Positions 1 through 9,271 are shown, counted from the whole stretch's first letter. The stretch: DNA of 63,947 nt, filler included, from an uncultured bacterium (GCA_964372275.1; 4 parts of 4 records of this genome joined end to end with filler, not necessarily neighbours in it); one strand, 5' to 3'. Notes: generated by a model not told the origin, from the letters alone. Numbers and translations are program-made.

Positions 1-66
1 CGCGGTGCGCGCGCTGTCGGCCCTCCCCTCGGTGGAGGGGGGGACGTTCACCTATACCTTCCTCCG

Positions 67-1185
67 TTGCCGGGCGACGAAGGACCGTCGCGGCGCGAAG
101 CCCGGACGGAGCCGCACGCCGTGACCGTCGCCTCTCGACTGGAGGTTCGCCGGCTGGGACGCGTCGAATACCCCGACGGCGTCCTGTTGCAGGAGGCCTG
201 GACGGCGGCGGTGGCCGGGGGGCGCGCCTCCGACGCGCTGTTCCTGGTCGAGCACGAGCCGGTGTTGACGCTGGGTCGCGGCGCCACCGCCGAGAACGTC
301 CTCTTCCCGCCGGACGAGCTCGCGCGCCGCGGGGTGGAGATCCACGAGACGACGCGCGGCGGCGACGTCACCTTCCACGGGCCGGGTCAGATCGTCGGCT
401 ATCCCATCCTGAACCTGAACCGCTCGCCGCATGCCAAGGACGTGCGCAAGTACGTTCGAGCGGTCGAGGAGCTGATGATCCGCGCCTGCGCCGACCTCGG
501 CGTCCGCGCCGAGCGGGCGGAGGGTCTCACCGGCGTGTGGGTCGGCCGGAACAAGATCGGGGCGATCGGCGTGCGGATCGCGAAGTGGATCACGTCGCAC
601 GGGTTCGCCCTGAACGTGCGGAACGACCTCTCCGGGTTCGACCTGATCGTGCCCTGCGGAATCCGCGACCGCGGTGTGACGTCCCTGTCGAGGGAGTTGG
701 GACGGGAGGTTCCGGTGGCCGAGGTGGAGGATCTCCTCGAGCACCACGCCGCCGACGTCTTCGGGCTGGAGACGGCCCGACTCGACGTCGACCTCTCCAC
801 CGTCGCGGTGGTGGTCCGGCGGGACGGCGGGGGCATGCTCTGCCTGCGTCGCACGCCCGCGCGCGGGGGGTTCTGGCAGGTGGTCACCGGCCGGATCGAG
901 CCCGGCGAAACGCCACGCCAGGCCGCCCAGCGCGAGCTCGCCGAGGAGACGGGGCTCGCGGCGACGGTGCGCGCGCTCGGATTCGAGCACGCCTTCTCCC
1001 TCGACGGGCACGAACGCCCGAGCCTCGCGCGCGAGTCGTGCTTCGTCGCCGAGGTTCCGCCCACGGCGGAGATCGCGCGCTCGGAGGAGCATGACGAACA
1101 CCGCTGGCTTCCGGCGCCGGAGGCGGCGGCGCTGGTGCGCCATGCCGGCCACCGGCGCGCTCTTCGCCTCGCGGATCAGCGATAG
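67..1185 (+). CDS. lipB: Lipoyl(octanoyl)transferase LipB fused to a C-terminal NudB-like NUDIX hydrolase
   Basis: LipB motifs EHEPVLTLG, RGGDVTFHGPGQ, KIGAIG, SHGFALN, IVPCG. C-terminal FWQVVTG plus NUDIX box GRIEPGETPRQAAQRELAEETG. Start uncertain (TTG 67 or GTG 121). Confidence 0.92.
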   Translation: MPGDEGPSRREARTEPHAVTVASRLEVRRLGRVEYPDGVLLQEAWTAAVAGGRASDALFLVEHEPVLTLGRGATAENVLFPPDELARRGVEIHETTRGGDVTFHGPGQIVGYPILNLNRSPHAKDVRKYVRAVEELMIRACADLGVRAERAEGLTGVWVGRNKIGAIGVRIAKWITSHGFALNVRNDLSGFDLIVPCGIRDRGVTSLSRELGREVPVAEVEDLLEHHAADVFGLETARLDVDLSTVAVVVRRDGGGMLCLRRTPARGGFWQVVTGRIEPGETPRQAAQRELAEETGLAATVRALGFEHAFSLDGHERPSLARESCFVAEVPPTAEIARSEEHDEHRWLPAPEAAALVRHAGHRRALRLADQR

Positions 1186-3041
1186 AGGTAGGCGGCACCG
1201 CTCGCCGATACCGAATCGTCGCCCGCGTCCCCCCCGACGCCGGTCGCGGCCGAGTCCTCTCCCGGCGCCCCGATCGCGATCACGTCCCCCGACATGGCGA
1301 CCGACGTGCCGAAGTTGTCCCCGATCCCGGTGTTCGACGCCTTCAGGTACGCCTGCTGGCTCCATGTTCCGGCGCTGCGGGTGAACAGGTAGACGGCTCC
1401 GCCGTCCCCGCCGGTGTTCAGCTTGTCGCCCCCGATCCCCGTCGACGACGAATCCTCCCCGTAGGCGCCGACCGCGAGCGCGTCGCCGGAGACCGCGAGG
1501 CCGAATCCGAAGTAGTCGCTGTTCTCCGGATTCGACGCCTTCACGTAGGCCTGCTGGGACCACGTCGTCCCGGTGCGGGTGAACACGTACGCGGCGCCGC
1601 TGTTGCCGGCGTCGTTGTTGTCCGGCCCGTTCACGCCCGGCGCCCCTCCGTCCTCGTTCTGCGCCGCGATCGCCACCGTGTCTCCGTCGATCGCGACCGC
1701 CGATCCGAAGTTGTCGTTGAGGCCGGTGTTGGACGGTTTGACGTAGGCCTGCTGGCTCCACGCGGCACCGCTGCGCGTGAAGACGTAGGCCGCACCGCTC
1801 TGCGGCTGGTCTTCGTTGTTCTGGACGGTGTTCACACCGGAGTAGGCCGAGTCCTCGCCCGTGGCTCCGACGACGATCGTATCTCCGGAGACGGCGACGC
1901 TCGTCCCGAACAGATCGCCGACCGCGGTGTTGGACGCCTTCAGGTAGGACTGCTGGGTCCAGACGCCGCCGCCGCGCACGAAGACGTAGGCCGCTCCCGC
2001 CACCGACGCCGCGTTGTTCGACGAGTCGCCGTTCACCCCGATCGCATTCGACGATTCGTTCGGCGCGCCCACCACGAGCGTGTCGCCCGAGATCGAGACG
2101 GTCGAGCCGAACAGGTCCCCCGCGCCGGCGTTCGACGCCTTGAGATAGGCCTGCTGCGACCATATGCCTTCGTTGCGGACGAAGACGTAGGCCGCACCGC
2201 TGCTGGTGGCGTCGTCGTTGGCCTGGTTCCCGCCGACGCCCGTCGCGCTCGACGACTCGCCCGGCGCACCGGCCACGAGAGTGTCTCCGTCGAGCGCGAG
2301 CGCCTCCCCGAATCGGTCGTTGAGCGCGGCGTTCGAGGCCTTGAGATACGCCTCTTGCGCCCAGCCCCCCCCGCTCCGGCGGAAGACGTAGACGGCGCCG
2401 GCGGCCGGCGCGGAGTTGTCGGCCTGGTTTCCGCCGACGCCGCTGGCGCCCGACTCCTCGCTCGGCGCCGAGACCGCCAGCGTATCGCCGGAAAAGGCGA
2501 TCCGCTGGCCGAATCCGTCGGCCGATCCGGTGTTCGACGCCTTGACGTAGAGCGGCGGCGACTGGAGCGCGGCGGCGCGCGTCACATGCACGTCGTAGGT
2601 GGTCGAGTCGCCGTTCACGTCCGAGACCACGATCGCCACCGGATTCGTGCCGGCGACGAGCGAAATCGTGGACGCGGAGGCGCCGCTTCCGGCCGCTCCG
2701 CCGGCGATCGCGACCGTCGCTTCGGCGTCCTCCGCGACTGCCGTCACCGTCACCTCCGACGCGAACCGCCCGACCGCCGCATCGTAGGAGAGGATCTCCG
2801 GGTCGAATTCGGGTGTGAGCGCCTCCGCCGGCGAGGAGAGAACGAGCAGCGAGAGCCGTGAGCTCGGGCGGCCGGACGATCCGTCGTCGTCGTCGTCGCC
2901 ACCTCCGGAGTCGGAGTCGTTCCCCTCCGCGCACGAGACGACCATGACGAGCACGGCGATCGACGCCAGGATCGTTGAAGCACGCGCCACGGCCCACCTC
3001 CGGCGAGGGGGATGAGAGCAGGCGGCCGGTGAAGGACGCAA
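1176..3041 (-). CDS. FG-GAP/integrin-like beta-propeller lipoprotein with N-terminal cadherin-like beta-sandwich
   Basis: Lipobox-like VVSC. About 7 repeats of AYLKASN..D.FG..VA.SGDTLVVGA..E..GAAYVF. Start may lie slightly downstream. Confidence 0.88.
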   Translation of the reverse strand: MRPSPAACSHPPRRRWAVARASTILASIAVLVMVVSCAEGNDSDSGGGDDDDDGSSGRPSSRLSLLVLSSPAEALTPEFDPEILSYDAAVGRFASEVTVTAVAEDAEATVAIAGGAAGSGASASTISLVAGTNPVAIVVSDVNGDSTTYDVHVTRAAALQSPPLYVKASNTGSADGFGQRIAFSGDTLAVSAPSEESGASGVGGNQADNSAPAAGAVYVFRRSGGGWAQEAYLKASNAALNDRFGEALALDGDTLVAGAPGESSSATGVGGNQANDDATSSGAAYVFVRNEGIWSQQAYLKASNAGAGDLFGSTVSISGDTLVVGAPNESSNAIGVNGDSSNNAASVAGAAYVFVRGGGVWTQQSYLKASNTAVGDLFGTSVAVSGDTIVVGATGEDSAYSGVNTVQNNEDQPQSGAAYVFTRSGAAWSQQAYVKPSNTGLNDNFGSAVAIDGDTVAIAAQNEDGGAPGVNGPDNNDAGNSGAAYVFTRTGTTWSQQAYVKASNPENSDYFGFGLAVSGDALAVGAYGEDSSSTGIGGDKLNTGGDGGAVYLFTRSAGTWSQQAYLKASNTGIGDNFGTSVAMSGDVIAIGAPGEDSAATGVGGDAGDDSVSASGAAYLYR

Positions 3042-3063
3042 GCCGTTCGACGCCGCCGCCGGC

Positions 3064-3948
3064 CTACCCGGCGGCCGTGCCGAGCGCCGCCTGCAGGACG
3101 CAAAGCGAGGCCCCCGCCAGGATCCGCGCCGGTGTGGGCGCCGGGGTCGAGGAGAGGCGGGGGTCGAGCGAACCGGCGACGCCCGTGGACCCGGCGAACA
3201 CGAGCAGGGCGACCCCGGATTGCGCCGCGATGTCCGCGACCGAACGTCCCGCGGCGACCGTGGCGCCCAAATGGGCGATCAGCGCGGCCGCGAAGAGCGC
3301 GATGGCCGCGCGCCGCGTGCGTTCCGGTCCGTGGCGCACGGCGTAGGTCCGCTTCCCGGCGCGCGCGTCGGTGTGGCGTTGCGGCGGCTGGTGCGCGAGG
3401 AGGACCGCGGCGGCGAGCGCTCCGTACGCCGCCGCCCCGAACAGTGCGGCGACCGAGGGTGGCCGCGCGAGGAGCCACAGGCTCCCGAAGACGCCGGGTC
3501 CGTAGCACAGGGCCGTCACCCATTCGGCGTACCGGTCGTAGGAGAGCGGCCGCCTCCCGCCGTTGTAGAGAATCCCGAGGACCACGAACGGCGCGGCCGT
3601 CCCGGCGATCCACGTCTTTCCGGCCCACCCGAGGCTGGCCAGGCCGACGACGACCCCCGCCGTTGCGCTCGCCAGGCCGTGGGCTCGCGCCGCCCGCTCG
3701 CTCCGATGAAAGCGGACCCAGGAGGTCCGCTTCTCCTCGTCGGCGCCACGCCTTCCGTCGGTCACGTCGTTGTGGAGGTTGACCGCGTGCTGCAGCAGCA
3801 CGACACCGGCGGTGGCGGCGCCGATCACGGCGACGCCGGAGGCCGGCGGATCGCCCAGTGCGATCACCGACAGCCCCGGCAGGACCGAGACCAGGTAGAT
3901 CGGCGGGGAAAGCGCCTGGAGGAAGGTCGGGCGCGGCGCCGCGACCAT
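3064..3948 (-). CDS. UbiA-superfamily prenyltransferase, MenA-like
   Basis: NLHNDVTDGRRGAD motif, LYNGGRRPLSY, DARAGKRTYAV, multiple TM segments. Confidence 0.82.
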   Translation of the reverse strand: MVAAPRPTFLQALSPPIYLVSVLPGLSVIALGDPPASGVAVIGAATAGVVLLQHAVNLHNDVTDGRRGADEEKRTSWVRFHRSERAARAHGLASATAGVVVGLASLGWAGKTWIAGTAAPFVVLGILYNGGRRPLSYDRYAEWVTALCYGPGVFGSLWLLARPPSVAALFGAAAYGALAAAVLLAHQPPQRHTDARAGKRTYAVRHGPERTRRAAIALFAAALIAHLGATVAAGRSVADIAAQSGVALLVFAGSTGVAGSLDPRLSSTPAPTPARILAGASLCVLQAALGTAAG

Positions 3949-3951
3949 GCG

Positions 3952-4503
3952 TCAGCCGCCGGCCGCCGCCCGCGACGCGCGGTGTTCGGCCAGCGCGTCG
4001 GCGAACCATCGCGCGTGCTCGGCCTCCGAATCGATCACGCGCTGGTAAACGGCGGCGACGTCGGCGCGGCCATCCGCCCGTGCGCGGTCGCGGAAGGAGG
4101 GGTAGATCGAGGTGCTCTCCCGCATCTCGACCCGGTAGGCGACCTGCAGCGCGTCCTCGACCAACCGGTCCGGATCGACGTCGGCCAGCGCCGCGAGACT
4201 GGCTTCGATCGCGGCCAGTGCCCGCTTGGCCCGTGCCGTGTCCGCCCCTTCGCGAGGGACGCCGAGATCGGCGTGGAGACCGCGGAGCCAGTTGGCGTGC
4301 AGCTTCTCCTCGCCGGCGACCTTGAGGAAGAGCGAGGCGATTTTGGGGTAGCCGGCGCGGCGCGCCCATGCGGCGAAGGCGGGATACATCACGGCGTTCT
4401 CGTACTCCTCGACGTCGACGAACGACTCCGCGGTCCGCGCCGCGGTGTCGCCCGCCTGCGCGGCGGCGAAGCATTCGAAAATGGCATCCTCACGGACCGA
4501 CAT
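3952..4503 (-). CDS. Rubrerythrin-like di-iron (ferritin-like) protein without a rubredoxin domain
   Basis: Two halves with E..E...YP.F and ExxH (EEKLH, EAEH). RBS AGGAGG upstream. Confidence 0.85.
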   Translation of the reverse strand: MSVREDAIFECFAAAQAGDTAARTAESFVDVEEYENAVMYPAFAAWARRAGYPKIASLFLKVAGEEKLHANWLRGLHADLGVPREGADTARAKRALAAIEASLAALADVDPDRLVEDALQVAYRVEMRESTSIYPSFRDRARADGRADVAAVYQRVIDSEAEHARWFADALAEHRASRAAAGG

Positions 4504-4525
4504 GGCGACCCTCCTGTTTTTGTTC

Positions 4526-4543
4526 GTTCAGAAACTTCTGAAC
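4526..4543. promoter_or_regulatory. Palindromic operator GTTCAGAA-AC-TTCTGAAC (copy 1)
   Basis: Perfect 8-2-8 inverted repeat in an AT-rich patch, just downstream of a minus-strand extended -10-like TGGTATTAT preceding the rubrerythrin-like gene. Confidence 0.8.
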
Positions 4544-4661
4544 AAATAATACCACGGAGGGCCGGGGTCAAGTGCCGCCCTCGGCCGGGCGGCCGGGCGA
4601 CCGGCCGCGCTCCGGAGACGGCATGCGCCGTGCGCCGGTTTGGCGTAGGATCCCCGGTCGC

Positions 4662-5183
4662 ATGACGCGCAACGTCCCGGCCGACGCCGAAGATCGCTTC
4701 CTGGACGCGATCGGATCGGCGATCGAGATGTGGGGATTCCGTCGCGTGTTGGGGCACGTCTGGGCCTGGCTCTATCTCACGGGCGAGCCGGCCGACGCCG
4801 CCGCGATCGGCAAGCGGTTGGGACTCTCGAAAGCGGCCGTCTCGACCTCCGTCGCCGAGCTGGAGCGCTGGGGCTGCGTGCATCGCCTGCGCCGACCCGG
4901 CGAGCGTCGCGAGCGGTTCATCGCCGAAGAGGACGTGTGGAAGATGGTGACCGGCGTCTTCCGCCAACGCGAGCGCCGCAAGGTCGAGGAGATCGCCGCC
5001 ACGCTCGGCGAGGTCGCGCACGCGATCCGCAAGCGACCCGGCGGCCGCTCGCCGGCGGCCGCGCGGGCGCAGGCACAGCGGGTGGAACGAATGGCCGAGC
5101 TGGCCTCCGTTGCGGGCGAGATGCTGGGCAGCCTGCTCGAACAGGGTCAGGCCGACCTGCGGGCGTTGCGGTCCGACCCCTGA
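4662..5183 (+). CDS. GbsR/MarR-family transcriptional regulator
   Basis: WGFRRVLGHVWAWLYL, wHTH LGLSKAAVSTSVAELERWG, PGERRERFIAEEDVW. Confidence 0.88.
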   Translation: MTRNVPADAEDRFLDAIGSAIEMWGFRRVLGHVWAWLYLTGEPADAAAIGKRLGLSKAAVSTSVAELERWGCVHRLRRPGERRERFIAEEDVWKMVTGVFRQRERRKVEEIAATLGEVAHAIRKRPGGRSPAAARAQAQRVERMAELASVAGEMLGSLLEQGQADLRALRSDP

Positions 5184-5186
5184 CCG

Positions 5187-6191
5187 TCACGACCCCCGGA
5201 CGGCCAGCGAACGCACCAGCGAGGCAAGCGCCTCGCGCGCAGGAGAGTGGTCGAGCGCCGAAAGGCTCGCCAGCGCCGCTGCGGTGAACACCCCGATCGT
5301 CTCCCGCACCCGTGCCGGCGCGCCGGTCCCGGCGATCTCCGCCGCGATCCGTTCGAGCGCCTCCGGGTCCGACTCCCCGCCACGGACACGATCGGCGGCC
5401 GCGGCCAGGCGCGCGCCGAGCCCCTTTCGCTCGGCGGCCGCCAGGACCATCGGCAGCGTGTACGCGCCCTGCCGGAGGTCTTCGGCGATGCCGCGCGGAG
5501 AGGCCAGCTCCAACAGGTCGTCCCGCAACTGGAAGGCGATCCCCACCCGCTCTCCGAGCTCGGCGAGCGCGCGCACCTGGCCCTCCGACCCGCCGCCGGC
5601 GGCGGCCCCCACCGCGGCGCACCAGCGGAACAGGCTCGCCGTCTTTCCGCGGCAGATCTCCAGGCACCGGTCGGCGTCGAAGACCGGCTCCCGACGCGCC
5701 TGCAGTTGCAGCCCTTCGGCTTCGACCATGGCGCGGATGGCCTCCACCAGGCTTCCCACCGCCCCGGGGAGCTCGGCGCGCAGGACGAGCTCCAAGGCGA
5801 TGGCGAGGAGGTGGTCTCCGGCGAGAACCGCCGCGGCGTTCCCGAACGTGGCGCGCGCCGCCGGGATGCCCCGCCGCTCGGCGGCGTCGTCGATCACGTC
5901 GTCGTGCAGGAGCGTCGCGCCGTGGACCGCTTCCGCCGCGGCGGCGAGACCCGACACCCCCCGGAGGCGAGGACCGGCGGCGCGGGCGCACAGCAGCAAC
6001 AGGGCGGGCCGAATGCGCTTCCCGCCGGAACGGAGGAGGCGTTCGGACGGATCGCGCAACGAGCGCGGCGACCCGCGCAAGCGGGTGGCGAGCAGCGCGT
6101 CGATCCGGCGTGCCCCGCGCGCCGCCCACCGCCACGCCGCCTCCGGCCGGCCGCGCACCTCGGTGGAAAGCGGTTCGGTCTGGTAGTTCAT
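5187..6191 (-). CDS. Polyprenyl diphosphate synthase
   Basis: GGKRIRP, FARM LLHDDVIDD..ERRG, AVLAGD, KTASLF, FQLRDDLLE. Start placed at ATG 6191 (MNYQ). Confidence 0.9.
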   Translation of the reverse strand: MNYQTEPLSTEVRGRPEAAWRWAARGARRIDALLATRLRGSPRSLRDPSERLLRSGGKRIRPALLLLCARAAGPRLRGVSGLAAAAEAVHGATLLHDDVIDDAAERRGIPAARATFGNAAAVLAGDHLLAIALELVLRAELPGAVGSLVEAIRAMVEAEGLQLQARREPVFDADRCLEICRGKTASLFRWCAAVGAAAGGGSEGQVRALAELGERVGIAFQLRDDLLELASPRGIAEDLRQGAYTLPMVLAAAERKGLGARLAAAADRVRGGESDPEALERIAAEIAGTGAPARVRETIGVFTAAALASLSALDHSPAREALASLVRSLAVRGS

Positions 6192-6203
6192 AAGTTTCTG
6201 AAC
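6186..6203. promoter_or_regulatory. Palindromic operator GTTCATAAGTTTCTGAAC (copy 2)
   Basis: Reverse complement matches copy 1 at 17/18 positions. Overlaps the proposed polyprenyl synthase start codon, in the divergent intergenic region. Confidence 0.8.
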
Positions 6204-6282
6204 AATAGGAACATAGTGATAGCCCCGTTCGTCCGCCTTGGCAATGGCCGCCGCGCCGCGGGGGTGGCAGCATGCGGGTGAC

Positions 6283-6885
6283 ATGGGCGACACCACCGAC
6301 GCCGAGGAGAGCAGGGATCGCCTGATCCGGCTGTTGCGGCTCGCCTATTCGGGGGAGTTGGCGGCGGCGAACGCCTATCGCGGACACTGGCGTTCGGTGC
6401 GCGACCCCGACCAACGGGCACGCATCCGCCGCATCGAGGAGGAGGAGCGCGTGCACCGCCGCGACGTCGGGGAGTTCCTCGCGGCGCTTGGCAGCCCGCC
6501 GGACCGGCTTCGCGATCGGTGCATGGGGGCCCTCGGAACGGTGCTGGGCCTCCTCTGCCACGTCGGCGGTTGGTATCTCCCGATGTACGGAGCGGGCCGG
6601 CTCGAGACCCAGAACGTGCACGAGTACGACGACGCCGCGCGCTTCGCCGGCGAAGGGGGGCACCCGGAGATGGTCGAGCGGCTCCGCCAGATGGCCGATC
6701 TGGAGCAGGAGCACGAACGGTACTTCATGGATCTCGCACGCGCGCATCCACTCTGGCGAGTCCTTCGCTGGCAGCCGGCCGAACGGTCTTCCCTCCAGGC
6801 TCCACCGGGCCCTCCCGGCACCCCTCCGCCCGCGACGGCCGATGGCGCCTCGGCGGCCCTCGGGGTAGACTTCGCGGCCCGATGA
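6283..6885 (+). CDS. Ferritin-like di-iron protein, Coq7 (demethoxyubiquinone hydroxylase)-like
   Basis: LRLAYSGELAA..AY.GH, EEERVH, ETQNVHEY, EQEH carboxylate/His pattern. Confidence 0.75.
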   Translation: MGDTTDAEESRDRLIRLLRLAYSGELAAANAYRGHWRSVRDPDQRARIRRIEEEERVHRRDVGEFLAALGSPPDRLRDRCMGALGTVLGLLCHVGGWYLPMYGAGRLETQNVHEYDDAARFAGEGGHPEMVERLRQMADLEQEHERYFMDLARAHPLWRVLRWQPAERSSLQAPPGPPGTPPPATADGASAALGVDFAAR

Positions 6886-7301
6886 TCAAGGTCTGCCCCG
6901 ACTGCCGCGCCACCTGCATGGGGGGACGCCTCTGCAAGCGCTGCGGCGCGACGCTCACCGACGTCGCCGATCGGGACCGGCGCGAGGACGTGGCCGGAGT
7001 GGGGATCTCGATCCGCGCCCTCTACGCCGCGCGGGCGGCGATGGTCCTTTCCTGCTTCGGCTTCCTCGCCGGGTCCGCGTTCGGCCTGCTGCTGTTCCGG
7101 CGATCTTTCGGGGAGGAGGGGCTGGCGGTGGCCGCCTGGCGCCTCGCCGCGATCGGCGGATTCGCGCTCGTCTGGTGGGGGATGACCCGCGTCGGGCGGC
7201 TCCACTTCGACCGCACGCTCGCGTCCAATCGCGAGCGAACCGGGCTCACCGGCGCCGAGCACGACTTCTTCCCCGAAGGCGAGCACGACCTCTCGACTTG
7301 A
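6882..7301 (+). CDS. Hypothetical membrane protein with N-terminal zinc ribbon
   Basis: MIKVCPDC...CKRCG followed by two hydrophobic helices. ATGA overlap with the upstream gene. Confidence 0.7.
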   Translation: MIKVCPDCRATCMGGRLCKRCGATLTDVADRDRREDVAGVGISIRALYAARAAMVLSCFGFLAGSAFGLLLFRRSFGEEGLAVAAWRLAAIGGFALVWWGMTRVGRLHFDRTLASNRERTGLTGAEHDFFPEGEHDLST

Positions 7302-7310
7302 GCTGCGTCG

Positions 7311-8846
7311 ATGGAGCCCAGGCCCGCTCGATCCGCCGCCGCGCTCGTCCTCCACCGGCGGCCCGCCGGCGGTTCCCGCCCGCAACTCTACTGGGTACGT
7401 CGTGGTGACGCCGTCCCGTTCATGGCGGGTTTCCACGCCTTCCCCGGAGGCGCCGCCGACCGGGCGGACGCGGAGATCGCCGCCGGCAATGGCGAACCGG
7501 GCGCCGCCGGCTCGGACCACCGCGACACCGATCCGTCTCGCGTGACGGCGCTCCGCGAGTGCTTCGAAGAGACCGGCGTCCTGTTCGCCCGCAATGCCGG
7601 CCGGATCGGCGCCGACCTCCGGCGAGAATGGCGGCGGCGCCTTCTGCTGCGCCGCGGCGCCCCGGGTTCGGCGAGCTTCGCCGACTTCGTCCGCGAGACC
7701 GGGATGTCGCCGGATCCGTCGCCGCTGATCGACGCCGGCCACTGGATCACCCCACCCTTCGCGCCGATCCGATTCGACACCCGCTACTTCCTCGCGGAGG
7801 TCCCCCCTGGCGAGACGCCGGAGGTGATCCCCGGCGAGCTGGCGGAAGGGGGCTGGATCGCCCCCGCCGACGCGCTGGCCGAGTGGGAGCGCGGACGGGC
7901 GCTGGTCGCCCCGCCGGTCCTCCACCTGCTCCGCGTCGCCGCCGCGATCGACGACCCCTCGCGCTGGCCGGAGGCCGCCCGCGGAATCCCCGAGGCGCGC
8001 GGCGGCGAGGTGACCCGCATCGAGATGCGGCACGGCACGCTGCTCGTCCCGCTCCGCACGCCGACGCTTCCACCCGCGACCCACACCAACTGCTACGTCG
8101 TCGGCGGCGCGCGCCCGGTGGTGATCGATCCCGGCGCCTCCGACCCGGCCGAGGCCCGCGCCCTCGACGACCTTCTGGCGGCGCTGACCCGAGAAGGTAG
8201 GCGCCCATCGCGGATCGCCGTCACCCACCATCACCACGACCACGTCGGAGGCGTGGAGGCGTTGCGCGCGCGTCTGGGGATCCCGGTTTGCGCCCACCCG
8301 GAGACCCGGGACCGGCTCGCAGGCGCCGTGACGGTCGACGAGTGCCTGTCGGACGGCGCGACGCTCGACACCGGTGCTGCGCCACTCCGCGCCGTCCACA
8401 CCCCCGGCCACGCGCGCGGCCACCTCGCCTTCGTCGAGGAGTCGACGCGCTCGCTCTTCTCGGGCGATCTCATCCTGGGAATGGGGACGACGGTGATCGA
8501 TCCACCCGACGGCGACATGGCCGACTACGTCGCCTCCCTCGATCGGCTGGCCGGCATGGAGCTCCGCGCCCTGTTCCCGGGACACGGTCCGGTCCTGGCG
8601 GAAAGCAGCCCGAAGATCCGCGAATACCGCGCCCACCGCGACGAGCGCGAACGGCAAGTCCAGGAGGCGCTCGCGGCCGGCTGCGCCACGCCGGAGGCGA
8701 TCGTCCAGCGGGTCTACGCCGACGTCCCGGCCCTCCTCCACCCCTTCGCCGCGCGCAGCGTGCTCGCGCACTTGGAATGGCTCGAAGCGAAAGGCCGGGC
8801 GCGCCGCGCGGCCGACGGCAGTTGGCAGCATCGTCCGGATCCGTGA
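7311..8846 (+). CDS. NUDIX plus MBL-fold metallo-hydrolase fusion (LACTB2-like)
   Basis: FPGG...ALRECFEETG, WITP..APIRFDTRYF; TPTLPPATHTN, THHHHDHVGG, HTPGH, GD, PGHG. Confidence 0.88.
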   Translation: MEPRPARSAAALVLHRRPAGGSRPQLYWVRRGDAVPFMAGFHAFPGGAADRADAEIAAGNGEPGAAGSDHRDTDPSRVTALRECFEETGVLFARNAGRIGADLRREWRRRLLLRRGAPGSASFADFVRETGMSPDPSPLIDAGHWITPPFAPIRFDTRYFLAEVPPGETPEVIPGELAEGGWIAPADALAEWERGRALVAPPVLHLLRVAAAIDDPSRWPEAARGIPEARGGEVTRIEMRHGTLLVPLRTPTLPPATHTNCYVVGGARPVVIDPGASDPAEARALDDLLAALTREGRRPSRIAVTHHHHDHVGGVEALRARLGIPVCAHPETRDRLAGAVTVDECLSDGATLDTGAAPLRAVHTPGHARGHLAFVEESTRSLFSGDLILGMGTTVIDPPDGDMADYVASLDRLAGMELRALFPGHGPVLAESSPKIREYRAHRDERERQVQEALAAGCATPEAIVQRVYADVPALLHPFAARSVLAHLEWLEAKGRARRAADGSWQHRPDP

Positions 8847-8998
8847 AAGCCGGCAACCGCTTGCGCCGACAAAGGGGTACGGCTATGAGGGGGGCCACGC
8901 TTTACCCGAATCGACAGGGTCACTACAATTCGTAGGTCGTTGAAGATTCGGGTGGTTCGCCGTGAACGATCGCTGGTCGCTTCGGAGGGATTCTTAAG

Positions 8999-9271
8999 AT
9001 GGCGTACGTCGTAGCCGAGCCCTGTATTGGGACGAAAGACAAGGCCTGTGTCGGCGTCTGTCCCGTCGACTGCTTCTACGAGGATGCCGAGCAGCTCTAC
9101 ATCCATCCCGACGAGTGCACCGACTGTGGTGCTTGCGAGCCGGAGTGCCCGGTCGAGGCGATCTTCATGGAGGACGACGTCCCCGACAAGTGGAAGAGCT
9201 ACATCGCGAAGAACGCCAAGTTCTTCGAGGGCAAGGAGGGCCTCACGCCCTGCAAGCCCAAGGAAGAGTAG
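8999..9271 (+). CDS. fdxA: Ferredoxin (FdxA/7Fe type), copy 1
   Basis: [17 protein letters not shown] and [20 protein letters not shown]. Confidence 0.95.
   Translation: MAYVVAEPCIGTKDKACVGVCPVDCFYEDAEQLYIHPDECTDCGACEPECPVEAIFMEDDVPDKWKSYIAKNAKFFEGKEGLTPCKPKEE

Noticed and set aside
21-43. CCCTCCCCTC-GGTG-GAGGGGGGG hairpin upstream of lipB
   Set aside because: A single copy near the window edge with no U-tract; cannot be assigned a function.
1200-2560. Regularly spaced DNA repeats (e.g. GACGCCTT..GTAGGCCTGCTG) resembling a CRISPR array
   Set aside because: They are the coding FG-GAP repeats of the propeller protein: degenerate, in frame, with no cas genes.
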